Below are positions 18,967-28,285 of a stretch of 55,129 bases of DNA, piece after piece. Below the pieces are notes generated by a model. That model had not been told where the DNA came from. It searched no databases and saw nothing but the letters and a program-made list of their open reading frames with translations. Origin of the DNA: an uncultured Candidatus Saccharibacteria bacterium (lineage in GTDB: Bacteria > Patescibacteriota > Minisyncoccia > Phycocordibacterales > UBA9973); contig CAYMIO010000001.1 in NCBI GenBank assembly GCA_964390875.1, positions 49,875 through 105,003 of the forward strand, given 5' to 3'. Position numbers and translations under genes: made by a program. Position 1 is the first letter of the stretch, and every line of letters starts with the position of its first letter.

Positions 18967-19094
18967 ATGCATGATTATTATCGAAAGGGTAAATAAGAGG
19001 CAAGTAGAAAGTTTATTTTTTCTTTAACTTTTTTACACGAAGCCTTTATTTTGGTGTTCTTGCGGTTATCGCAAAGCTCGCGTATTCTTAGGGG

Positions 19095-19520
19095 ATGATG
19101 AAGGGAAACAAGATACCAGTCACAAAGCGTACTATTTCACGGCGCAATCAAACCCGTGGTAAACAAGCTATTTTAAGCCTTATTTCCAAAGGGAAGGGGC
19201 CTCTTTCTGTAGCCAATATTGAAGCAGGTGTGAAGAAAGAAGGATTGAATCAGTCTACCGTGTATCGTATCGTCAACGCTCTTTTAGAAGAGGGCATGAT
19301 ACGTGAGGTTATGCTTTCACCAAAAATGCGCCATTTCGAGCGCACCGAGAATGGTGACCACCATCACGCCGTATGTACTGAATGTGGAAAGATAGAAGAA
19401 CTTGCTGGTTGTGTTACCGAAGGGATAGAAACAAAAGCGATGAAGAACACTAGTCAGTTTAAAACGATCGATCGCCACTCATTAGAATTTTTTGGAATCT
19501 GTAAAACATGCGCTCGTTAA
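19095..19520 (+). CDS. Fur-family transcriptional regulator
   Basis: Winged-helix N-terminus (STVYRIVNALLEEGMI), HHHAVCTECG and a C-terminal CKTC metal site. Confidence 0.85.
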   Translation: MMKGNKIPVTKRTISRRNQTRGKQAILSLISKGKGPLSVANIEAGVKKEGLNQSTVYRIVNALLEEGMIREVMLSPKMRHFERTENGDHHHAVCTECGKIEELAGCVTEGIETKAMKNTSQFKTIDRHSLEFFGICKTCAR

Positions 19521-20626
19521 AAAAAGGAGTTGCGTTACTCACCCTTTCATTTTTTTGCGTGGTGTTTTTTCCGCAGGTTATGATTGCTCAGGAGCTGCGT
19601 GTTGATACCGCCACGACAGAAAAAGCGAAAGTGGTTGAGATTATTTCTGAAGATACGAAAATAATTGCAGGTCTCGACTTGCCGCAGACAATCCAGACGA
19701 TCCGTGCTCGCACGCTCACAGGAGAAGAAGCTGGAGAAGAACTTGTGGTAGAAAACGACTACCTGATGCTTGAAGTGGGTGATGTTTTTTATTACACCAA
19801 AAATATACATGCTCAAGATGGAGCCGTGACGTATTTTGTTTCAGAGCCAGACCGTATTCCAGTACTTGCTATTCTTTTCATTCTCTTCCTTGTCGCAGTC
19901 TTTTGGGTGGGAGGGAAGCAGGGTCTTCGTGGGCTCATAACGTTGGTGGGTAGCCTCGTGCTCATTATCGGCGTATTCCTTCCTGGTCTACTCCGCGGGT
20001 TCCCTCCTGTGCTTGCAAGTCTGCTTGTATCTGCGCTCATCATTGTTTTAGGATCGTACGTGACGCATGGAAAAAATAAAACAACACACGCCGCTGTTGC
20101 CGGCATGCTGGTGACTATCGTGCTCACAGGTGTGCTTGCATGGATTTCTGTGAGTGCGGGGAAGTTGTCAGGACTTTCAAGTGATGAAGCGGTGTATCTT
20201 ACGGTGAATACCAAAGGATCGATCGACATGGCGGGTCTACTTCTTGGTGGTATTCTTATAGGACTTCTCGGTATTTTGTACGATGTGGCAATAGGGCAGG
20301 CGGTTGCGGTGGAAGAGTTGGCATCGGCGGGAGCGCACCTTTCTCCGAAGGAGATATATAGACGCGCGCTCCGCATGGGTCGCGAGCATATTGGTGCTCT
20401 TGTTGATACGCTTGCCATAGTGTACGTTGGCGCCGCGCTCCCGCTCCTACTCCTCTTTTTCATGGGTGGCACAGGAAGTGCGGGCGTTCTTGAAATTCTC
20501 AATCGTGAAGTGTTTGCTGAAGAAATTGTTCGAATCTTAGTCGGTTCTATCGGTCTTATTATCGCCGTGCCTATCACAACACTTATCGCAACTCGCATGC
20601 TTACTCGTAATCACACAGCTCAGTAA
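19508..20626 (+). CDS. YibE/F-family membrane protein
   Basis: Signal/anchor, an extracytoplasmic domain and multiple TM helices with GILYDVAIGQAVAV and GREHIGALVDTLAIVY. Overlaps the Fur gene by 13 nt. Confidence 0.8.
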   Translation: MRSLKKGVALLTLSFFCVVFFPQVMIAQELRVDTATTEKAKVVEIISEDTKIIAGLDLPQTIQTIRARTLTGEEAGEELVVENDYLMLEVGDVFYYTKNIHAQDGAVTYFVSEPDRIPVLAILFILFLVAVFWVGGKQGLRGLITLVGSLVLIIGVFLPGLLRGFPPVLASLLVSALIIVLGSYVTHGKNKTTHAAVAGMLVTIVLTGVLAWISVSAGKLSGLSSDEAVYLTVNTKGSIDMAGLLLGGILIGLLGILYDVAIGQAVAVEELASAGAHLSPKEIYRRALRMGREHIGALVDTLAIVYVGAALPLLLLFFMGGTGSAGVLEILNREVFAEEIVRILVGSIGLIIAVPITTLIATRMLTRNHTAQ

Positions 20627-20629
20627 TCT

Positions 20630-22369
20630 ATGAAAATCCTCTTCAAATATCTCAAGCACTATAAAGGCCTTCTCGTACTATCACTTTTTCTCGCTGCGAT
20701 CAACCAAGGCTTCTCTCTTCTTGATCCACAAATATTCCGCCTCATCGTCGACCGCTACATAACCAACTTTGCTGATCTTAGTACTGCTGAGTTTGTCCAT
20801 GGCGTGCTCGGCCTTCTTGGACTTTCGGTGCTCGTGGCTCTCATTTCTCGCATTGCCAAAAATTTTCAAGATTACTACGTGAACGTTGTCACTGAACGTC
20901 TCGGTACCAAACTCTACGCCGACAGTGTGGGTCACGCATTCTCTCTTCCGTACAGTGTTTTTGAAGACGAGCGATCTGGAGAACTTCTTCAGAAATTGCA
21001 GAAAGCGCGCGCCGATAGTCAGCGTTTTATTCAAGCGATGATCAACATCGTATTCCTTTCGTTCATCGGAATTCTTTTTGTGGTGATCTATGCGTTCACT
21101 GTCCATTACCTCGTGGCTCTTGCATACATTCTGATTATTCCACTTCTTGGTGGTACGATTTTTTACATCAGCAAGAAGATCAAAGTCGCGCAGGAAAATA
21201 TCGTGAAAGAGTCGGCGATACTTGCCGGTTCAACAACAGAAACTCTTCGCAATGTCGAGCTCGTGAAAAGTCTTGGTTTGGAAGATCAGGAACTTCGAAG
21301 GTTAAATGGCGTAAATGAAATGATTCTCTCGCTTGAACTCAAAAAGGTGAAACTCATCCGTACTCTTTCTTTTATTCAGGGCACGCTCATCAACCTTCTT
21401 CGCGCGGGAATCCTTTTCCTTCTTTTGTTCCTTTCATTCAAAGGTCAAATGACATTTGGTGAATTCTTTAGTCTCTACTTCTATTCATTCTTCATTTTTG
21501 GTCCACTGGCTGAATTTTCTACCGTCGCTTCTACCTACCAGGAAACGAAGGCAAGCCTCGGCCGTCTTCAAGAAGTATTCGACAAAAAGCCAGTACCCAA
21601 GAAAAGTGCGGAAGCGGTGCCTTCTGTTGGAGAAATAACGTTTGATCACGTATCGTTTGGTTACGAAGGGGTAGAGCGCGATGCCGTCACTGATGTTTCT
21701 ATTCATGTGAAAAGCGGAGAGACTGTGGCATTTGTCGGTCCTTCCGGCTCTGGAAAGACGACGCTCATAAAACTCATCACCGGTTTGTATGATCCGAAAA
21801 AGGGAATAATCAGATACGGTGCGATGCCGCACACTGAAATGCCGTTTGATCTTTTCCGTAGAAAGATAGGTTTGGTGGCTCAGGAAACACAACTCTTCGC
21901 TGGAAGTATTCGCGACAACCTTCTCTTCGTGAAGCAAGATGCCATAGATGAAGAATGTCTTGAAGTATTGAAAGATGCACATGCGCTTTCGATTATCGAG
22001 AGGGGAGGTCTTGGGCTTGATACCAAGATTGGTGAAGGTGGTATCAAACTCTCTGGTGGTGAACGCCAGCGTCTTGCCATCGCGCGGGCTCTGCTCCGCG
22101 ACCCTGGTCTCCTCATCTTCGACGAAGCCACTTCCGCCCTCGACTCCATCACCGAACGCTCCATCACCGAAACCATGCGCTCTCTTCCCGGAAGCGAAAA
22201 GCGCATGACTGTCCTTGTGGCGCACCGCCTTTCAACCGTCATGCACGCAACGCGCATCTACGTGCTTGAAAAAGGAAGCATTGTGGAGACAGGCACCCAC
22301 GAAGAGCTGCTGGGTAAGCCCGGTCTCTACGCCGCCCTGTGGCGTGAACAGAGTGGAAGCCTTTCATAG
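20630..22369 (+). CDS. ABC exporter, fused permease/ATPase (MsbA-like)
   Basis: Six-TM N-terminal domain, Walker A GPSGSGKTT, LSGGERQRLAIARAL, LLIFDEATSALD. Confidence 0.9.
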   Translation: MKILFKYLKHYKGLLVLSLFLAAINQGFSLLDPQIFRLIVDRYITNFADLSTAEFVHGVLGLLGLSVLVALISRIAKNFQDYYVNVVTERLGTKLYADSVGHAFSLPYSVFEDERSGELLQKLQKARADSQRFIQAMINIVFLSFIGILFVVIYAFTVHYLVALAYILIIPLLGGTIFYISKKIKVAQENIVKESAILAGSTTETLRNVELVKSLGLEDQELRRLNGVNEMILSLELKKVKLIRTLSFIQGTLINLLRAGILFLLLFLSFKGQMTFGEFFSLYFYSFFIFGPLAEFSTVASTYQETKASLGRLQEVFDKKPVPKKSAEAVPSVGEITFDHVSFGYEGVERDAVTDVSIHVKSGETVAFVGPSGSGKTTLIKLITGLYDPKKGIIRYGAMPHTEMPFDLFRRKIGLVAQETQLFAGSIRDNLLFVKQDAIDEECLEVLKDAHALSIIERGGLGLDTKIGEGGIKLSGGERQRLAIARALLRDPGLLIFDEATSALDSITERSITETMRSLPGSEKRMTVLVAHRLSTVMHATRIYVLEKGSIVETGTHEELLGKPGLYAALWREQSGSLS

Positions 22370-22487
22370 GGATAGCCCAGCCTCCTGTTGACTTTTTCTT
22401 TATGTTGGCGTTTAATTGTCTTCAAATCGTGTAAGTTTCGTTTTTCACAATTCAATAATTTTTCCAACCAACAAATCCAACCAGAGT

Positions 22488-23309
22488 ATGTTAAAAGACA
22501 TTATTCGCGCTCCTTGGAGCAATCTTCATGACGGTTATGTACCCACAAATGCTGACGAAGTAGTCGATTCACTTAGTGTGTATCAGACCAATTTTCCTGC
22601 GGGTGATGAGCATTTTGCCCTTAATCCGACACCGGATATTATCGCAAGTATCAAATATGCGATGAACCTCCATTTAGGTAAAGGTAGAAAAGCAGTCAAC
22701 CCGCACGGTGAATTTATTCCGTATGTCCACCACTCTTTGCGTACTTCTCTTATTGTGGCGCGATTGACAAAATCCGAACCAGCTCGCGTCCTTGCGTGTC
22801 TCATTGGTGTAATGCATACAGCGTATACTGACCAGGCCAAGAAGATGGAGTTTTTTCAATTTCTTACCACATTGAAATGTGGAAGGAAGGTCGTGGTTCT
22901 TGCTCAAAAAGCTTTTGAGTATTATGGTGAAGTTCAGGAGTCGACTCGGAAGAATGCCTATAAAATAGGCTTGCTGAAGTCTATTTCGAAAACAAAAGAA
23001 GTAGAACTTCTTATTGTTAAGGTTGCCAGCCATCTGGAACACCTTGATGCTGATGTGCAAAGTATGAGATTTTATGGTTATTATGATTACTTCAACAAAC
23101 GAAGTTTTCACAACAAACCCGCTCAGATTAGACAGTTTCATGAAGACATGTGTACACTCATTGATGACTTACCTCACTCGGTAAAGAATGACTACAACTT
23201 AATCTTGTTGTCTCGTTGGTACAGGTCACTTCTTGCTGAGTTCGACGCTTTGCATCCAAATGCAGAAGTTTCCAGTGTGCCGGAAAAAGAAGAAGCGGTT
23301 GAAAATTAA
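22488..23309 (+). CDS. hypothetical protein
   Basis: The start is placed at the first ATG (MLKDIIR). The track start at 22416 is a TTG. Followed by a terminator hairpin at about 23336-23370. Confidence 0.5.
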   Translation: MLKDIIRAPWSNLHDGYVPTNADEVVDSLSVYQTNFPAGDEHFALNPTPDIIASIKYAMNLHLGKGRKAVNPHGEFIPYVHHSLRTSLIVARLTKSEPARVLACLIGVMHTAYTDQAKKMEFFQFLTTLKCGRKVVVLAQKAFEYYGEVQESTRKNAYKIGLLKSISKTKEVELLIVKVASHLEHLDADVQSMRFYGYYDYFNKRSFHNKPAQIRQFHEDMCTLIDDLPHSVKNDYNLILLSRWYRSLLAEFDALHPNAEVSSVPEKEEAVEN

Positions 23310-23397
23310 TTCAACCTTGTTAAAAGGGTTGTATTGAGCGCTGATCTTTTATTAGGTCAGCGCTTTTTTTATTTCCATTTTCTGCTATAACTATCAC

Positions 23398-25980
23398 ATG
23401 CGATCAACCCCACAAACCAAAACAAAGAAGCCGAAAGTCAGACTTTCCGCGTCTGTTATCCCAAGCCGGTACGACCTTCTCCTCAAACCCGACCTTGAAG
23501 CGCACACATTCGAAGGGGAAGAAACAATCCATCTCTCACTTCAAAAACCCACCAAAACACTCACGCTTCATTCGAAAGATCTCGACGTGGTTTCGGGTTC
23601 CGTTTCTTTTGGAAAGACGTTGCTTCAGGCTGTGAAGATCGATCTTGATCCAGAAAAAGAAACCGCGACATATACATTTTCAAAAACCATTCCCAAAGGA
23701 AACGTGAAGCTCATCACAAATTTCACAGGAGTTCTCAATGACTCAATGCGCGGTTTTTACAAAAGTACCTACGTGCTCGATGGCAAAGAGCACACGATGG
23801 CCACGACTCAGTTTGAAGCGACCGACGCCCGTCGTGCTTTTCCATGTTTTGATGAACCTACGCAAAAAGCTGTTTTCCATGTGAAGCTTCAGATCCCGAG
23901 CAACAAGACGGCTATCTCAAATACACTTCCGTCGGAAATTGTTGAACATGAATCAGGATACAAAGTGGTTTCTTTTGCACCGACGCCGAAGATGTCGACA
24001 TACCTTCTCGCATTCCTCGTTGGCGATTTCGAATTCGTCGAAGCGCGTACAAAAAAAGACGTGCTTGTGCGCATCTATACGACTCCCGGCAAAAAACATC
24101 AGGCAGGATTCGCGCTCGATGTTGCCGTCAAATGTCTTGAATACTACGAAAATTATTTCGGTATCGACTATCCTTTAAATACGCTCGACATGATAGCGAT
24201 TCCGGATTTTGCTTCAGGCGCGATGGAAAACTGGGGCGCCGTAACGTACCGAGAAACAGCACTTCTTGTCGACGAAGAACACAGCTCTTTGGCTATTCGC
24301 GAACGCGCTGCTATCGTTATCGCCCACGAACTCGCGCACCAATGGTTTGGCAATCTCGTCACAATGGAATGGTGGACACACCTGTGGCTCAACGAAGGCT
24401 TCGCCTCATATATGGAATACCTTGCTGTCGATCATCTTTTTCCAAAGTGGAATATCTGGTCTAAGTTTGTCGCCGACGACCACAACGTGGCGCTCGAGCT
24501 CGACTCTCTTTCAAACACGCACCCTATCGAAATAGAAGTACATCACCCAAGTGAGATCAGCGAGATCTTCGATGAAGTTTCATATTCAAAAGGCGCGTCG
24601 GTGATCCGTATGCTTGCTGAATACATCGGCACGGAAGCATTCCAGAAAGGATTGCAGACGTATCTCAAAAAACACAGCTACAAGAACACCAGCACGATGC
24701 ATCTTTGGGAAGCGTTCGAACACTCATCAAAAAAACCGATCAAGAAACTCATGCAAGGGTGGACAAAGAAAGGTGGCTATCCGGTTATTTCTGCTGAAAA
24801 GAAAGGAGGCACACTCGCTCTTTCGCAAACACGATTCTTTGCACGAAAACCCGAAGGTCATAAAGGTGGCGAAACATGGATGGTTCCTATCGGCATTAAA
24901 GGTGATCGTGAAGAAAAACACACAGTGCTTCTTGCAGGAAAAAAGGGAACTATTCCGTTTCCAAAAGACGCGTGGTTCACGCTCAATGCGGGCGAAGCAG
25001 GGTTCTTTCGCAGTCACTACAGCCATGAACTTATCCAGTCACTGAAAGGTGCTCTTGAAAGTGGCCGCCTTCCGGCTATTGAACGCGCAGGAGTGATCCG
25101 CGATTACCGCGCATTTGCAGAAGCAGGATACTCGCCGACAACGGAACTTCTCGAAGTGCTTTCGTTCTACAAAGACGAACGCGACTACACCGCTCGCACG
25201 ATGGCTATCAGCGCGCTTGGAGGAGTGAGCTCTATTCTTTTCGGCACGCCAGCGCACGAATTATTTAAGAAATTTGGTCGTGAATTCCTGAAGCTTCATG
25301 TTGAAAGCGTGGGGTTCGAACCGCGCACAGGGGAGAGTCACGAAGACACGATGGCTCGTTCACTTGTGCTCGCATCCGCTGCCTCATTTGGTGATAAAAA
25401 AGTAATTGCGTATGCGCAGGAACTGTTTGCAAAAAGAAATGTTGTCGCTATCAATCCCGACCTCCGTGGATTCGTCTACGGCGCGGTGGCTGCAAACGGC
25501 ACCAAAAAAACATGGGATGAACTCGTAGCGATGTACAAGAAAGAAACGCTTCAGGAAGAAAAGAGTCGCATCGGCCGCTCGCTCACACGTTTCAAGGATG
25601 AAAAGATACTGAAGCAGACACTTGCTTTTGCGCTCTCAAAAGATGTGCGTTCTCAGGATGCGCCGACGCTCATTGCTGGCGTTATCATCAGCAACTATGG
25701 CCGCCACGTGGCATGGGAATTCGTGAAGAAGAATTGGGAAGAACTCGTACGTCGCTATGGTTCGGGCGGAGGACTCCTTTCTCGATTCATCGTGAAGACA
25801 CTCGAAGCACACAATGACATGAAGGTTCACAAAGACATCCGCACCTTTTTCAAAAAGAATCCGACTCTTTCGGTGGCTCGTTCAGTGGAACAAGTGCTTG
25901 AATCTATCAAAACCAATGCGCTGTGGAAGAAGAGAGATGAGAAGAAAGTGGCGAAGTGGCTGGAGAACTATTTGAAATAA
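23398..25980 (+). CDS. M1-family aminopeptidase (aminopeptidase N-like)
   Basis: GAMENWG exopeptidase motif and HELAHQWFGNLVTMEWWTHLWLNEGFA zinc site. An extended -10 (TGCTATAAC) lies 6 nt upstream of the ATG. Confidence 0.92.
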   Translation: MRSTPQTKTKKPKVRLSASVIPSRYDLLLKPDLEAHTFEGEETIHLSLQKPTKTLTLHSKDLDVVSGSVSFGKTLLQAVKIDLDPEKETATYTFSKTIPKGNVKLITNFTGVLNDSMRGFYKSTYVLDGKEHTMATTQFEATDARRAFPCFDEPTQKAVFHVKLQIPSNKTAISNTLPSEIVEHESGYKVVSFAPTPKMSTYLLAFLVGDFEFVEARTKKDVLVRIYTTPGKKHQAGFALDVAVKCLEYYENYFGIDYPLNTLDMIAIPDFASGAMENWGAVTYRETALLVDEEHSSLAIRERAAIVIAHELAHQWFGNLVTMEWWTHLWLNEGFASYMEYLAVDHLFPKWNIWSKFVADDHNVALELDSLSNTHPIEIEVHHPSEISEIFDEVSYSKGASVIRMLAEYIGTEAFQKGLQTYLKKHSYKNTSTMHLWEAFEHSSKKPIKKLMQGWTKKGGYPVISAEKKGGTLALSQTRFFARKPEGHKGGETWMVPIGIKGDREEKHTVLLAGKKGTIPFPKDAWFTLNAGEAGFFRSHYSHELIQSLKGALESGRLPAIERAGVIRDYRAFAEAGYSPTTELLEVLSFYKDERDYTARTMAISALGGVSSILFGTPAHELFKKFGREFLKLHVESVGFEPRTGESHEDTMARSLVLASAASFGDKKVIAYAQELFAKRNVVAINPDLRGFVYGAVAANGTKKTWDELVAMYKKETLQEEKSRIGRSLTRFKDEKILKQTLAFALSKDVRSQDAPTLIAGVIISNYGRHVAWEFVKKNWEELVRRYGSGGGLLSRFIVKTLEAHNDMKVHKDIRTFFKKNPTLSVARSVEQVLESIKTNALWKKRDEKKVAKWLENYLK

Positions 25981-26021
25981 AAAAAAGACCTCTGCGTACA
26001 AATACAGGGGTCTATTTTTTT
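25981..26021. terminator. bidirectional rho-independent terminator
   Basis: A-run, GACCTCTG...CAGGGGTC hairpin, T-run. Serves the convergent genes on both sides. Confidence 0.7.
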
Positions 26022-26045
26022 GAAACGATTGTTACATATTACTTT

Positions 26046-26204
26046 TTATTCCAGATAACCCCATTTCTTTTTAGAGACAAGAACCATTCCATCTTCAGGT
26101 TCTTGTTCTGTTGTTGTAATGTGGGAAATATTTCCTTCGCCTGCTGTGTTGGCGAAATTAATGCGTCCATTTCCATGGCCGCCTTGTTGGGTGTTGTAAT
26201 ACAT
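26046..26204 (-). CDS. small hypothetical protein (52 aa), below the ORF-track cutoff
   Basis: Hand translation gives MYYNTQQGGHGNGRINFANTAGEGNISHITTTEQEPEDGMVLVSKKKWGYLE. It is bracketed by a minus-strand TTGACA-16-TATGAT promoter and the bidirectional terminator. Confidence 0.4.
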   Translation of the reverse strand: MYYNTQQGGHGNGRINFANTAGEGNISHITTTEQEPEDGMVLVSKKKWGYLE

Positions 26205-26269
26205 AACGATAAGGTTTGATTATGATTGTTGGTTTTTTAAAAAACGTAAGATATTTAAGAATCTCTTAA

Positions 26270-26297
26270 ATCATACCCATCTATTTTATACTGTCAA
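26270..26297 (-). promoter_or_regulatory. sigma70-like promoter (TTGACA-16 nt-TATGAT) facing the 52-aa ORF
   Basis: The reverse complement of 26292-26297 is TTGACA and of 26270-26275 is TATGAT. Confidence 0.45.
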
Positions 26298-26336
26298 GGG
26301 GCTCGAACCTCGTTCAAGATATGGTACAGTTCCTCT

Positions 26337-27143
26337 GTGAAAACAGCTGAGTTTCAAAAGCTCATATGGGATTTCTACCGAAAGAATAAACGAGATTTGC
26401 CGTGGCGTGGTGTTGGCGACCCGTATGCAATCATGGTGTCTGAACTCATGCTTCAGCAGACACAGGCTTCGCGCGTGGCGCCCAAATTTGTTTCTTTCAT
26501 GAAGAAATTTCCCACAGCGAAGAAGCTTGCCGCCGCTTCAACTTCGGAAGTACTCACACAATGGCAGGGGCTTGGGTACAACAGGCGCGGGCTTTTTCTT
26601 CATAAAGCAGCGAAAGAAATTATTTCAAAATTCAAAGGGAAGATTCCGCGCACTCCAGAAGAACTTGAGTCTCTTCCCGGTATTGGTCCGTACACTGCTC
26701 GCGCTATTCTCGCTTTCGCCTACGACCTCCCGCATCCGTTTATCGAAACAAATATTCGCTCGGTGTACATCCATCACTTTTTCGAAGACTCTGCCGAAAA
26801 GATCAGCGACACAGAACTTTTGAAAGTAGTCACCGAAACGCTTCCCAAAAAGAATGCGCGCGATTGGTATGCGGCACTCATGGATTATGGCGCACATCTG
26901 AAAGCTACACTTCCGAATCCGTCACGAAAGGCAAAAGCGCATGTGAAGCAAGCGCCACTTAAAGGTTCTGTCCGTGAAGTTCGCGGCGCTATTCTGAAAG
27001 TTCTTGCTGAAAAGGGAAGTCTTTCTACGAAGAGCCTCCAGAAAGAATTGGCTCGATTTGATGAAGAGAGAAAAAAGAAGGCGATGGAAGGGCTTTTGAA
27101 AGAGGGGATGATTGTTTCTCAGAAAGGAAGAGTGTCGTTGTAA
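26337..27143 (+). CDS. HhH-GPD adenine-glycosylase-like protein (MutY catalytic core without Fe-S cluster or NUDIX-like domain)
   Basis: LPWR...DPYAIMVSELMLQQTQ, GLGYNRR, LPGIGPYTARAIL and ALMDYGA match the MutY core. The whole 268-aa protein has no cysteine. The C-terminal ~60 aa look like a winged helix. GTG start. Confidence 0.75.
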   Translation: MKTAEFQKLIWDFYRKNKRDLPWRGVGDPYAIMVSELMLQQTQASRVAPKFVSFMKKFPTAKKLAAASTSEVLTQWQGLGYNRRGLFLHKAAKEIISKFKGKIPRTPEELESLPGIGPYTARAILAFAYDLPHPFIETNIRSVYIHHFFEDSAEKISDTELLKVVTETLPKKNARDWYAALMDYGAHLKATLPNPSRKAKAHVKQAPLKGSVREVRGAILKVLAEKGSLSTKSLQKELARFDEERKKKAMEGLLKEGMIVSQKGRVSL

Positions 27144-27149
27144 AAAAGA

Positions 27150-27176
27150 AAAAACCGCTTCAGCGGTTTTTTCTTT
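27150..27176. terminator. bidirectional terminator
   Basis: AAAAACCGCTTCAGCGGTTTTTT between convergent genes. Confidence 0.7.
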
Positions 27177-27182
27177 AAGATT

Positions 27183-28199
27183 TTAGTGATGACCTCCGTG
27201 TCCGTGCGCATCTTTATTGCGATAGCGACGAGCGACAAGGATGATCACAAGGATGATGATAATGAGGAGAATCCATCCAAGGAGAGAATTCGGGAAGAAT
27301 CCGTATCCAAAGAATGCGAGAGCTCCGAGGTTGCTACGATCCATATCTTCGATAGAAGCGATCTCTTCAGCTTCTACAACAGTATTTGAAACTGTGTTTC
27401 CGCTGTTTGATGAGCTTGATCCACCAGAACTGACTACAGCACCTGTCGAAACTTTCTTGGTTGTGAACGTGTAGATGTTTCCGTAATCAACTGTCTGACC
27501 ATTCTGCGCTGCTGCGCGGAAGTAGTAGGTAGTGTTGGCTGAGAGTCCGATGATCTTCTGATTGAAGTTCGCTGACTCGGCATACATCTGCTGCGATACG
27601 GTCTTTGTGTTGAGTGCGTTTGATGTTGTGCCGTATTCGAACCAGACCATTACACTGCCGTTGTTGGCGAATGTGTATGATCCTTCAAGTGTTGCGCTCG
27701 ATGTTCCAACACCATTTGCTGAAAGCGTTGTGGCGTTAAGAAGAGCAGCATTTGTCGAAACGTTTCCGTTTCCACCAGTGTTGGTATTTGTTGCGCCACT
27801 TGAGTTCATGATCTGGGGGCCGCCGTATCCGTAGGTGCTTGAGTAGATGTTTGAAGCATACTGAGGAGCATACGCGATCTGACCTGAGCTTGCTCCAGAG
27901 TTGATTATCTGAGGAGCTGAACCTGTACCCTGGTAGATGTTGGCTGTGTATGAGGGAACCGGAGGAACGTATCCTGTACCAGAACCTGAAGGGGAGACAA
28001 CAGGAAGGTTTGCGGGAATGTATCCGCCAGAAACCTGTCCATACGTGTTCATGTTGATGATCTGTGGATCTCCTGCATTTTGGAGCTGTGGGCCGTTGGC
28101 AAGAATATACTGGGCGCCAGCCGAGCCTGCTCCCATAAGCATACCCATAGAGGCCGCTGCAAGGAAAGCTATGAAATTGGTCTTGGTATTCGTTTTCAT
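27183..28199 (-). CDS. surface protein: signal peptide, PQII-repeat region, FN3-like module, C-terminal anchor motif
   Basis: The module SATLEGSY...WFEYG...IIGLSANTTYYFRAAAQN...FTT is paralogous to modules in the neighbouring gene. The C-terminus reads NLGALAFFGYGFFPNSLLGWILLIIIILVIILVARRY plus a His-rich tail. Confidence 0.8.
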   Translation of the reverse strand: MKTNTKTNFIAFLAAASMGMLMGAGSAGAQYILANGPQLQNAGDPQIINMNTYGQVSGGYIPANLPVVSPSGSGTGYVPPVPSYTANIYQGTGSAPQIINSGASSGQIAYAPQYASNIYSSTYGYGGPQIMNSSGATNTNTGGNGNVSTNAALLNATTLSANGVGTSSATLEGSYTFANNGSVMVWFEYGTTSNALNTKTVSQQMYAESANFNQKIIGLSANTTYYFRAAAQNGQTVDYGNIYTFTTKKVSTGAVVSSGGSSSSNSGNTVSNTVVEAEEIASIEDMDRSNLGALAFFGYGFFPNSLLGWILLIIIILVIILVARRYRNKDAHGHGGHH

Positions 28200-28241
28200 A
28201 AGACAAGTATACCATAGCTGTATAAAAAAGTCAATAGGTAC

Positions 28242-28270
28242 AAAAAGAGCCCCGTTTGGGGCTCTTTTTG
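28242..28270. terminator. terminator between the two minus-strand surface-protein genes
   Basis: AAAAAGAGCCCC-gttt-GGGGCTCTTTTT. Confidence 0.7.
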
Positions 28271-28285
28271 CTAGGCATTAGCATT

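Noticed and set aside
19813-20598. Long antisense ORFs inside well-supported genes. Examples are 19813-20598(-), 21485-22225(-), 14787-15359(-), 3346-3975(-), 38972-39505(-), 950-1414(+), 5841-6263(+) and 46448-46936(-).
   Set aside because: They lie fully within genes that have strong family motifs on the opposite strand. Their low-complexity Arg/Ser/Pro-rich translations are typical of shadow frames, and they have no independent start context.
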